A DNA stretch of 64,000 bases from Octopus vulgaris (lineage: Eukaryota): assembly GCA_951406725.2 (NCBI GenBank), contig OX597832.1, positions 57,784,001-57,848,000 on the forward strand, written 5' to 3'. Below the pieces are notes generated by a model. It worked only from the letters and a program-made list of their open reading frames with translations. It had not been told where the DNA came from and did no database searches. Positions 52,873 through 64,000 of this stretch are shown in pieces. Each line of letters begins with the position of its first letter. Position 1 is the stretch's first letter. A program made the position numbers and the translations under genes.

Positions 52873-53794
52873 TGCCAGGGAAAAGCACCACTGATGCTAT
52901 ATTTCTGATAAGACAGCTGCAGGAGAAATACCTAGCCAAAGATAAACTTCTGTACCTGGCTTTCATTGACATGGAGAAAGCCTTTGAGAGGGTCCCCCGA
53001 TCCCTTATCTGGTGGTCAATGAGGAAACTAGGGATAGATGAATGGTTAATGAGAGCTGTGCAAGCCATGTACAGGGACGCCGTCTGTAAGGTGAGGGTTG
53101 ATAACGAGTACAGTGAAGAATTCCAGGTAGAGGTAGGGGTCCACCAAGGTTCAGTCCTCAGCCCCCTCCTGTTTATCATAGTCCTCTAGGCAATAACAGG
53201 AATTCAAGACAGGATGCCCCTGGGAGCTCCTCTATGCTGATGACCTTGCTCTTATTGCTGAGTCACTATCAGAACTCGAGGAGAAGTTTCAGATGTGGAA
53301 GCAAGGATTAGAGTCGAAGGGACTTAAGAGTCAACCTAGCTAAAACGAAAGTCTTAATAAGTAGGAAGGCAGGCAAACCACAAATCCCTGCTTGTTCTGT
53401 AGAAAAGGCATAGATAGAAACTCTATAAGATGTATCCAGTGTAAGCTATGGACACATAAGAGGTGAAGCAATATCAAAAGAAGGCTAATGGGGAAGATAG
53501 TTTTTGTATGTGGCAGATGCTCAGGAGCAATAAACACTGGAAATGTGCAGAGAACAACTGTCATATTTCAGGGAGAAAAACTAGAAGTAGTTGACAGCTT
53601 CTGTTACCTAGGTGACTAAGTCAGTAGCGGGGGAGGGTGCACTGAAAGTGTAGCTGCTAGAATAAGAATAGCCTGGGCAAAGTTCAGAGAGCTCCTATCT
53701 CTGCTGGTGACAAAGGGCCTCTCGCTCAGTAAAAGGTAGACTGTATGATGCATGTGTACAAACAAGCCATGCTACATGGCAGTGAAACATGGGC
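52873..53794 (+). mobile_element. RTE-clade LINE reverse transcriptase fragment (stops and frameshifts)
   Basis: PGKSTTDAIF...FIDMEKAFERV...GVHQGSVLSPLLF...ELLYADD (53233-44)...VDSFCYLGD...MLHGSETW. Confidence 0.93.
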
Positions 53795-54187
53795 TTATTT
53801 ATTCACATTGTTTTGACTTAATCATGCATTGTCTTGTAGATTCTGGTGGTGCAATTGTTCAGTTTTAAAATGGCATTGTAGAGTAAGTGTAAGTGGCTGG
53901 ATATGGTCAGTTGGGCAGCGTATGGTTGGTTGAAATGCTAAAAGGTGAATGGCATGCCAGTTTTGGAGATTATCCTCAATGCCTTCTCAAATTGAATTAG
54001 TCCAAATTATCATTTAGTAATTAAGATATATTCTCTAGGGGTGGGAATAATTTTAATAAATCAAGAATTTATGTTGTATGATATTTGATAGACCTATATT
54101 TGTCTATATTTTGTATATTTTGTTTTCTTGCTTTTGTTCATGTTTGACCCCCAAGTCATTCCTGTGTAGGTTTTTTTGGCCAAACAT

Positions 54188-54586
54188 TATTCCACCAAAT
54201 TTTTGTCACAATTTATATTCCTAATATTAGCTGAATGATAACTAAATTATTTTACTAAATTCTTTGTTATATTTAAAATTAATTGAAAGAAATACAGAGA
54301 ATATCAACAGAAATACAGTAACAAAATGGTTAAAATATATAATAGAAAAAGAATTCTTAACCCTTTTGTTACCATCCTGGCTGAAACCAGCTCTGGCTCT
54401 GTAGTACAAATGTCTTGTTTTCATAAGTTCTGAATTAAAATCTCCTACCAAACCTTAGTCACAATCTATATTCCTAACACTAACTTAATGATAACTAAGT
54501 TATTTTACTAAACTCTTTGTTATATTTAAAATTGATTAAAAGAAACACAGAACATCTCAAAATAAATACAGTAACGAAAGGGTTAA
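54188..54586 (+). mobile_element. Second piggyBac-type MITE dimer (first unit 5'-truncated)
   Basis: Full unit TTAA-CCCT(54361)...AGGG(54582)-TTAA, preceded by a 23-bp spacer and a partial unit. Confidence 0.85.
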
Positions 54587-56211
54587 GTTGAATTGTGTGG
54601 GAGTGTACCCCATACACAGACACTTATTGTATTGTTTGTGTATTAAGGCTATTATTGGTCCATGATAAAAATTTTTATTCCTTAATGTGGTATTGAGCAC
54701 TCACTCTCACTGTTCGACATATATTTGTATATGTGTGTACAAATACGTGCGTGTGTGTGTGTATCTATATGTATGTGGTTATGTGGTACTAAGCTTGCTT
54801 CTAAAACACAGGATTCTGGGTTCAGTCCTACTGCGTGGCACCTTAGGCAAGTAGTCTTCTACTTTAGCCCGGGCTGACCAAAGCCTTGTGAGTGGATTTG
54901 GTAGACGGAAACTGAAAGGAACATGTTGTATATATGTATAACTGTGAAAACTGTGTTGGATGTGTGGAATGTATGTATATATTAGCATTTATACAGATGA
55001 TCAAATATATGCAGATCAATGCAGATAATCTCACATTGTATGTTGATGATCATTCTTCATCATGAACAAAAAGAAGAAAACAAAAATCCCAGAAAATGCC
55101 TTTTTTTTTCTTTTTTTTTTTTATTACATTTTCCTAAGTCTGAAGAATTTCAAGCTCAGGCTGATAAGAGTTTTGAAAACAGAACCCAGAGGGCAAGGAT
55201 TAGCTCATATGTGCTAGTTTTGGCACAGATGAAAGCGGTAAAGTAAAAAGGTCTTCTTGGAATAAGTCTAAAACGAAGACGTCTGCTGTAGAATTCTGAA
55301 GAATTTAGCTTTAATGTTTTTTTTTGGTTTTATTTTTTCGTGATGTGAGAAGTAAGAAATATTGTAACAGCAATGGAAAAGCTAACTTTTATTTGCGTTT
55401 TTACTACTTTTCAAGGTTTTTTTTTTTCCTTTTCCTACTTTTTTTTCCCCCTTTTTTTACTTCAGAAAAGTCGTTTTATTTAATTCTTCTCTTTTATTGA
55501 TCACTGGTGTTATTGTATTTCTGTTGATTTCAAATTAATAATTTACACCTTCAAATAATTTCTTCTTCTTTGATTGTATCAGCTTCAACCCCACCCCCTA
55601 CCTCTCCCCTCTCCACTTTCTTATTATTGAAATAACTTGTTATGAAGATATTATTTAATGAAAAGAAGCTATTCTATTGAAGAGTGTTATTCTTCTTTTC
55701 GTTTTAACCATATATTTATTCTCCTAGTGTCTTCAGAACAATTTATTATTATTATCATCATTATTATTATCATCATCATCATCATTGTAATAAATAATAA
55801 TAGTCTCATTTTTATATAAATTTGAAAATATTCTTTGTCAAATATGTGTTATATTCCACATATACAATCGGCTTGATTTATTTCAGAAATGTTATTATTA
55901 TTATTATTATCATTCCTCTGTTTCATTCTGTTTTTAATGCGTCAGATGTGCGGTTGTAGTTATAGAAAGCCGAAGGGCATTTAACACTTCACATAATTGA
56001 AATATGTTTTAAAGAATAGTTCTATCACTGTTGTCCTCAAAAGGTGTAGCTTTGAAGAGTCTTTTACAAGTGCCAGACATTGTGGAATGCAGACGGGTTA
56101 ATGAGTACATGTTGAATTTCATGCAAGGGGCTGAAACAGGTTTAGAAAATTCTTTGAAATATTTATTTTAGAAAAGTTTAGAAAAGAAACATGAGAGAGA
56201 GAAAGAAATTG

Positions 56212-56861
56212 AGAGGGAAGGAAGTGCAGATGTGGCTGTGTGACTAAGAAGCTTGATTTCCAAGCATGTGGTCTTAGGTTCAGTACCACTGTACAGCACT
56301 TTGGGTCAATGTTGTTTTCTACAGCCCCAGGCAAAGCAAAGCCTTGTAAGTGGATTTGGTAGACGGAGACTGAAAGAAACCTGTCTAATATGTGAGTTTT
56401 CTTCCTTCATATCGACTCACAAGATTTCAGCCAGCCTAAGACTATAGTAGAAGACACTGACCCAATGTGCAATGCAGTGGAACTGAACCTGGAACCTTTG
56501 TGGTTGGGAAGCAAACGTCTTAACCACAGAGGGAAGGAAGTGCAGATGTGGCTGCCTGACTAAGAAGCTTGATTTCCAAGCATGTGGTCTTAGGTTCAGT
56601 ACCACTGTACAGCACTTTGGGTCAATGTTGTTTTCTACAGCCCCAGGCAAAGCAAAGCCTTGTAAGTGGATTTGGTAGACGGAGACTGAAAGAAACCTGT
56701 CTAATATGTGAGTTTTCTTCCTTCATATCTACTCACAAGATTTTGGTCAGCCTAAGACTATAGTAGAAGACACTGACCCAATGTGCAATGCAGTGGAACT
56801 GAACCTGGAACCTTGTGGTTGAGAAGCAAACGTCTTAACAACACAGCGACACCTGTGCCTA
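56212..56861. repeat. 316-bp tandem duplication, each unit made of two inverted SINE A heads
   Basis: Units start at 56212 and 56528 and are nearly identical. Confidence 0.92.
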
Positions 56862-58333
56862 TACACTGAACAGAAATCAATATTTTAAACAGCACATTGT
56901 CGTCTAGTCCAATATGTCATGTCTGTGTCACAAAAGATTACAGATGGCTTAACACAATATGTTTTATATGGTTAGAGCAGTGTGTCTAGATTCCATTACT
57001 CAAACATGGTGCATTCATAAATCAAAGACTGAGACACATAAAAATCCATATATTTATTTTAATATGTGTCTCGGCGACTGAACTGTGAACGTGCCATGTT
57101 TGTATAACAAAATCTATACATCAAATGTGTGTGTGTGTGTGTGCTTTTACATATCTCTGTATATTTGTGTATGTGTGTGTATTCTCTTACTTGCTTCAGT
57201 TGACTGTGGCCATGCTGGAGCACCGCGTTTAGTTGAACAAATCAACCCCAGGACTTATTCTTTGTAAGCTTTGTACTTATTCTATCGGTAACTTTTGCCG
57301 AACTGCTAGGTTATGGGGGATGTAAACACACCAACATCGGTTGTCAAGTAATGGGTCGGGGGACAAACACAGACACACAGATACACACACACACACTGAC
57401 AATGGGCTTCTTTCAGTTTCCTTCTACCAAATCCACTCACAAGGCTTTGGTTGGCCCAAGGCTATAGTAGAAGACACTCGCCTTAGGTGCCATGCAGTGT
57501 GACTGAACCCAGGACAATGTGGTCGGGGAGCAAGCTTTTTAACACACAGCCATGCCTATGCCTATACACACACACACGTATGTAAAAAGCTTGTGGTTTG
57601 TCAGCTCATGATTGTAAGGTTGTGAGTTCAATTTCCGACAACACATTGTGTTCTTGAGCAAGACACTTTATTTTGTCACATTGCTCCAGTCTGCTCAGCT
57701 GGCAAAAATTAGCAGTACCTGTAATTCAAAGGGGCCAGCCTTGTCATATTCTATGTCACATTCAATCTCCCCCAAGAACTACGTTAAGGGTATGCATGTC
57801 TGTGGAGTACTCAGCCACTTGCACGTTAATTTCATGAGCAGACCGTTCTCTTGATCCAGTCAACCCAAACTCTTGTCATGTCCAACAGAGTGCCAGTATG
57901 TGTATGGTAGGGGTGACGGGGGAGGTTGATCTTCTGCTTAAACTAAGAAGTTTTCCTTTTTCTTGTATCATTTTCTTTATAAATGGTTGTTGTATGCAGC
58001 CCCAAATTCTTTCGTTTTGGTGGAGCACACAAGAACCAGATAGGCATGGCTGTATTGTTAAGGAATTTGCTTTCGAACCTCATTGGTCCCTGGTTCAGTC
58101 TTATAGCATGGTGCCTTGGGCAAGTACCTCAAGTCCTGGTTGGACCAAAGCCTTGGGATAGGGTTTGGTAGGAAGAAACTGTAAGAAGCCCATTGTGTGT
58201 GAGTATGTCAATACAAGTGTGTGTAAATATAAGAGTGCGTGTCTGTGTGTATAAAAAGAAGAGTGTGTGTGTGTTGATGGGTCTTCTTCTCAAGCATGAC
58301 ATAATGCCAAAGGTCTCGGTTATTGCCGCTGCG

Positions 58334-58541
58334 AAGCCCAACACTCAAAAGGATGTGAGCAACTTTGCCTCCGTCAGGCCCAATGTTCAAAATGAACTCA
58401 GCCATTTTGCCTCCGTCAGGCCCAACACTCAAAACGAACTTAGCCACTTTGCTTCCTTGAGGCCCAATGCTCAAAAAGAACTCAGCCACTTTGCTGCCAT
58501 GAGGGCCAACACTTGAAAGGAACTTAACCACTTTGCCTCCA
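58334..58541. repeat. 42-bp minisatellite, 5 units
   Basis: aggcccaacactcaaaacgaactcagccactttgcctccgtc-like units at 58334, 58376, 58418, 58460 and 58502. Confidence 0.92.
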
Positions 58542-59694
58542 TGAATAATAGTAACAATAATGATAATGATTGTAATTCTTTCTACTAAAGACACAAGGCT
58601 TGAAGTTTGGGGAAGGGGGACTAGTCGGCAACATCAACCCTAGTGTTTCACTGGTACTTAATTTATTGACCCTGAAAGGATGAAAGGCAAAGTGAACCTT
58701 GGCAGAATTTGAACTCAGAATGTAAGAAATGCTGCTAGGCATTTTGCCCAGCGTGCTAGTGATTCTGCCAGCACGCTGCCTTAACAATACTAATAACGAT
58801 AATAATTATAATAATAATAGTAATAATGATAATCATAATAATAATTATAATAATAATAGTAATAATGATAATCATAATAATAATTATAATAATAATAGTA
58901 ATAATGATAATCATAATAATGATGATAATCATAATAATGATGATGATAATGATGATGATAATGATGATGATAATAATAATAATGACAATAGCAATAATAA
59001 TAATGATGATTGTAGAAGATACTGTTTATTTAATCAGAAGTAGTGACATAAGTGTATCATTTTTATTTTGGAGAGTAGTGAACTGTAAATAAAAGATAGA
59101 CTGGCGCTCTAACAATACAAGAACCAGATTGGCGCTTGAACAATGGTAGAAACATAACAGGATCAAAGATGAACCAGCTCTCTAATGAGATAAAAGAGGA
59201 GCTGGCTCTTTAACGATCCTGCAGCCATTATTGTTGAATCTTTTAGAAATTTAATATAATTACATTGTACTTTATTGTTTAGCCGTTTCAGAATTTAATT
59301 AGCTATCCACAGACACGTGCGTGTGTGTGTGTATTAATTTGTGCACATACATGCATGCACATACACGAGAGCATGTAGAGTTGTGCTTGTGCGTTTGCGT
59401 GTCTTCGTATATGTGTGAGGATCATAAATGTCATTAGTGGTTTTATATTCGCTTTCTCTCTGCTAGCAGCAGACAAGGTTTCTTGACATAATTTTCTATG
59501 TTTATACACACACACACATCATATATGTGTGTGTATGTGTGTGTGTGTATATTCTCTTATTTGTTTCAGTCATTTGACTGTGGCCATGCTGGAGCACCGC
59601 CTGTAGTCGAACTAATTGACCCCAGTACTTTGTAAGCTTAGTATTTATTCTATCGGTCTCTTTTGCCGAATGGCTAAGTTACAAGGACATAAAC

Positions 59695-60064
59695 ACAGGA
59701 ACAGCATCCAGCTGGAGGAAATCCCTGCTTGACAGGAACAGCATCCAGCTGGAGGAAGTCCCTGCCTCACAGGAACAGCATCCAGCTGGGGGAAATGCCT
59801 GCATTACAGGAACAGCATCCAGCTGGAGGAAATCCCTGCCTCACAGGAACAGCATCCAGCTGGAGGAAATCCCTGCCTCACAAGAACAGCATCCAGCTGG
59901 AGGAAATCCCTGCTTTACAGGAACAGCATCCAGCTGGAGGAAATCCTTGCTTTACAGGAACAGCATCCAGCTGGAGGAAATCCCTGCTTTACAGGAACAG
60001 CATCCAGCTGGAGGAAATCTCTGCTTTACAGGAACAGCATCCAGCTGGAGGAAATCCCTGCCTT
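59695..60064. repeat. 37-bp minisatellite, 10 units
   Basis: acaggaacagcatccagctggaggaaatccctgcttt repeated 10 times with no spacers. Confidence 0.96.
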
Positions 60065-61113
60065 TACAATTTCTGTTCCTCCCATGTGAGGCATGGAATA
60101 GTGGATATTGATGTTATGTATAGCTGCAGGCTTGGCTCTGTGATTATGAACGTTGCTTTCCAACTACATGTTTCTGGGTTCTGTCCCACTGCATGGGACC
60201 TTAGACAAAGGGTCAGCCACTACAGCTCATGCGGACCAAAGCCTTGTGAGTTGATTTGGTTGACGGAAGCTGAAAGAAACCCATCATATATGTGTGCATG
60301 TGGGTTTGTATTTCCCTTTAGTTCCATGTGCAATCCTCAGTTGCAAACAACAATTGTGTTATGTGCTCGGAGTCCAGCAAGAAAGTGTACCAGGTTTTCT
60401 TGACATATCGTCATGTGTTTTGCAAAGCCTGTGTAAACGAAAGGCCATTCAAACACTGCTGTTTGTTTACTGTTCTAGTTCTCTGCGTAACCATGTCTGA
60501 TCTATTTGTTGTTCAAGGGACCGGGTGATTGGAAACAGGTGGTGGGTGGAATGGGGTGGTGTCAGAATGGGCGTTAGACCATGAAGAATCTGCTCCAATG
60601 TACTCTTGTCTGACCTATAGAAGCATGGAAATGTAAATGTTAAAACATTATATACATATATATATTTATATTCAAACACACACACACAAATATATATGCA
60701 CATACATACAAATATATATACATATACATGTGTGAGTGTGCATATATACACACATGCTTATGTACGTACATATATAATTATGTATATACACACAAGCACA
60801 CATGTGAGTATATGTGTGTATATACCTCTGTAATTATATTTTAAAAATATATGTGTAACATTTATGAATATGTATGTGTAAATGTATGTTTATATGTGTG
60901 CCTGTAATATATATCTGTAAGTCATGTATATGAATGTGTGTGTATGTATATATATGTTAGGCATATATATGAATGTATTTATATGTGTGTTTGTGTGTGT
61001 AACTTTATAGGGAAAGTATATTTTTATGTGTATATGTGATAAATTATTTATATGCACATTTATCTACAAGCTTGTATCTATGTAGGTATATGTAAGTATG
61101 CACATATGCACCC

Positions 61114-61152
<39 letters not shown>

Positions 61153-62432
61153 TACATACATACACATGCCCGGATACATGCATACATGTATGCATTCACT
61201 GATGCGTTTACACATTAATTAGATTTTTCCTGAGTTGTTCGTTATCAGCAACATTTCATCTTCGTTTTTCGAATTTAATTAACTACCTACATATTTTCAA
61301 ATTACTAGTGCATTGTTTCCAATACATAATCTCTCTGACAGAATATAGTATCTTTTTATTACCTGTTCAATGAAGAATCAATAAACACATGCTCAAGTCA
61401 AATTGAAAAAAAAACATACAACTACAACAAAAGAACTATTAAAAAAAAAATCCTATATTCTTCAGCATTATCTGCCTCCATGTATAATATATTGACTGGT
61501 ACTTCCTTTGAGTATGCTTTTCAAGGTTTTTCAAAGAATTCTGATGAAATGGTTCCTTGATCTGTGGTTTGGTTTTGGTTTTTAAATATTGGTGGCATAC
61601 ATTTGGTTTTATTTTATCTATATTTTTTTCTCTCTCTCTCTCTCTCTCTCTCTATTGTCTTTTACTTATTTCATTTATTGAGCTGTGGCCGTGCTGGGGC
61701 ACCACCTTGAAGGAGGTTTTTTTTTTGTTACTCTTTTACTCCTTTCAGTTGTTTGATTGCAGCCATGCTGGAGCACCGCCTTTTAGTCAAACTAATCAAC
61801 CCCCAGGACTTATTCTTTGTAAGCCTAGGACTTATTCTATCACTCTCTTTTACCGCACCGCTAAGTTACAGAGCCGTAAACACACCAACATCGGTTGTAA
61901 TGTTGGTGTGATGGTGGTGGGGACAAACACAGACACACAAATACAAACATACATATATATATATATGATGGGTTTCTTTCAGTTTCCTTCTGCCAAATTC
62001 AATCACTACACTTTGGTCGGCTTGAGACTATAGTAGAAGACACTTGTCCAAGGTGCCACGCAGTGGGACTGAACCCAGAACTATATGGGTGGGAAGCAAG
62101 CTTCTTACCACACAGCCACTTCTGAACAAAATACTTATTTTTCCTTTTAAAGTCTGTAGTTGTCTCATTTGTCCTTTTTCATTGAAGCTTCAAACATAAA
62201 GAACAATTTTATTTGGGAAAGAACTTACATTTATATACAGATGGGCGCTGACATGGCTGTGTAGTAAGAAGCTTGCTTCTCAACCACATGGTTCCAGGTT
62301 CAGTCCCACTGCGTGGAACCTTTAGCAAGTGTCTCTTAAATAGTTCCAGGCTAACCAAAGCCGTGAGAGTGGATTTTGTAGATGGAAACTGTGAAAGAAG
62401 CCTGTTGTATACATACATACATACACATATAT

Positions 62433-63050
62433 ATCTTTTATGGGTTTCAGCCTGAGGCCGAGGCCATGCTGGTGCACCTCCTTTATTGTGTCTGGAGATT
62501 TTTCCAGTATTGCTTCTGTTGAAGTAGCAAGTTGGATGTTGCCACTCTTTGTGGCTCCTGCCGCTCTTCCTTGTGCCTCCTGCTGCTCTTCTTTGTGCCA
62601 CCTGTTACAATGTGGGTTCATCCAGAATTGCAGATAAAAAACTGTCTAGACGTTTTTTGAAGACTTCCATGCCTACACCTTGCAGATCTATGATGTTCAG
62701 TGGTAGGGCATTAAAAAGTTGTGGACCCTTGAATCCCAAACTATTACAATATTGGGTTCATATCCTTGATGGAGAAGACAGGACCTTTGCTACTGTGCAG
62801 TGCTGTCCAGTTCAGGAATTGTTGTAGATTTCGATTCCAAAATTTGGAGCCAAACCCTCCATTATTTTCCACAATGTATAGAACTGTATATCTCTCACAT
62901 CTCCTCTCAAGAGACTAGAGTCCCAGTTCCCTCAGTCTCTCCCAGTGGCCCATGTGTTTTACTGAGTATCTTCTTTGTGAAGTGGCATTGGACTGCTTCA
63001 AGTTCCGCAATTAGTTTTACACTCTGTGGGGACCACAGTCAGGAGCAGTA
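62433..63050 (-). mobile_element. 3' fragment of a CR1/L2-group LINE inserted into a SINE A copy
   Basis: The minus strand reads YCS*LWSPQSVKLIAELEAVQCHFTKKI...FKGPQLFNALP...FKKRLDSFLSAILDEP. The SINE A head (62245-62410) and tail (63060-63265) flank it. Confidence 0.85.
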
Positions 63051-63425
63051 TATATTTACGTGTATGTGTCTTTGTTTGTCCCCCCCCCCATCACCACCAT
63101 TATCGTTTGACAACCAATACTGGTGAGTTTATGTCCTTGTAACCTAGCAGTTTGGCAAAAGAGACTGCTAGAATAAGCAGCAGGCTTACAAAGAATAAGT
63201 CCTGGAATTGATTTCTTTGACAAAAAAAAAACAGGGCTGCAGTCAAATGACAAACAAGTGAAAGACTATACAGATGGGCTTCTCCCCCCTCAAACTCCTG
63301 AATCCACATCCCACATACGTTTATTCTTTTTCTTTATGGAAGCTGGATGCTAAACAATAATGATCTATCTACATATATATATATATATTAGAAGGTTTGG
63401 AGATGATGTACAGGTATTTTATATT

Positions 63426-63692
63426 AGAAGAAATGAGGTACTCAGAAATTCGGATGGTTTTATATTTACAGATATTTATTTGTATATTACATGTTTTTAT
63501 ACATCATATATCATATATTATATATTAGCGCTTTCGTCCATTCTAGTGGAGTTTTCAATTTGAAAATTCCACTAGAATGGACGAAAGCGCTAATATATAA
63601 TATATGATATATGATGTATAAAAACATGTAATATACAAATAAATATCTGTAAATATAAAACCATCCGAATTTCTGAGTACCTCATTTCTTCT
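63426..63692. repeat. 267-bp near-perfect palindrome
   Basis: Centre at 63559; 133-bp arms with one visible mismatch (63551/63567). Confidence 0.96.
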
Positions 63693-64000
63693 TATATATA
63701 TATAATGTAAGCACTTTCCTAAATAAAATTGCACTTCATAATACACAAATGGAAAAGGCTGTGAGGCACTGGTATAGACTCTTGTTACAGAGGTGATGGT
63801 CAGCTAGAGTCTGATATTTTTCATATATTTATTCTCAACCACTGTTGTACATTTTATTTCTTCAATTATCACCATTCTCTAAAATTAATCAAGAAATTAT
63901 AATTAATATTCTTAACATATTTTATTTTCTCTAATTACTTGAAATGATAAATAAAACAAAAAAACTATAGGTTTTAAAGAAATCATGTTCTTGGGAGGGC

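Noticed and set aside
55139-55237. 99-nt phase-0 cryptic exon (SEEFQAQ...AQMKA)
   Set aside because: Weak AAG acceptor and GTAAAG donor, and no recognisable homology; it needs RNA-seq.
59695-60064. CRISPR array (also considered for the 42-bp and 70-bp arrays)
   Set aside because: Units are contiguous without unique spacers, the context is eukaryotic, and there are no cas genes.

Overview
AT-rich, microsatellite- and repeat-dense eukaryotic DNA. The SINE repertoire and (TA)n/(CA)n load suggest an octopod cephalopod; this is inference, not a database result. The only host-gene sequence I can support is one internal coding exon of IFT80 (170-293, +). I could not find the expected last exon, so the remaining ~63.7 kb may be one large intron. 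Nearly all other ORFs in the track are microsatellite or SINE artefacts. The repeat content is: four SINE families; RTE, CR1/L2-type and Hero-type LINE fragments; deleted mariner, DD37D and DD41D-like elements; piggyBac-type MITEs; a Helentron-type element; and several minisatellites. The most interesting signal is a dispersed set of about 12 minimal type-I hammerhead ribozyme motifs with palindromic stem III. They sit in short non-coding elements and long fold-back repeats that usually lie at (TA)n tracts, as expected for Penelope-like retroelement pLTR remnants. Other highlights are a conserved H-type pseudoknot tandemly amplified in an RTE-derived SINE, a SINE/LINE shared 3' tail with a compensatory hairpin change, a structured Hero 3'UTR, and a piggyBac MITE dimer that appears to have spread as a unit.
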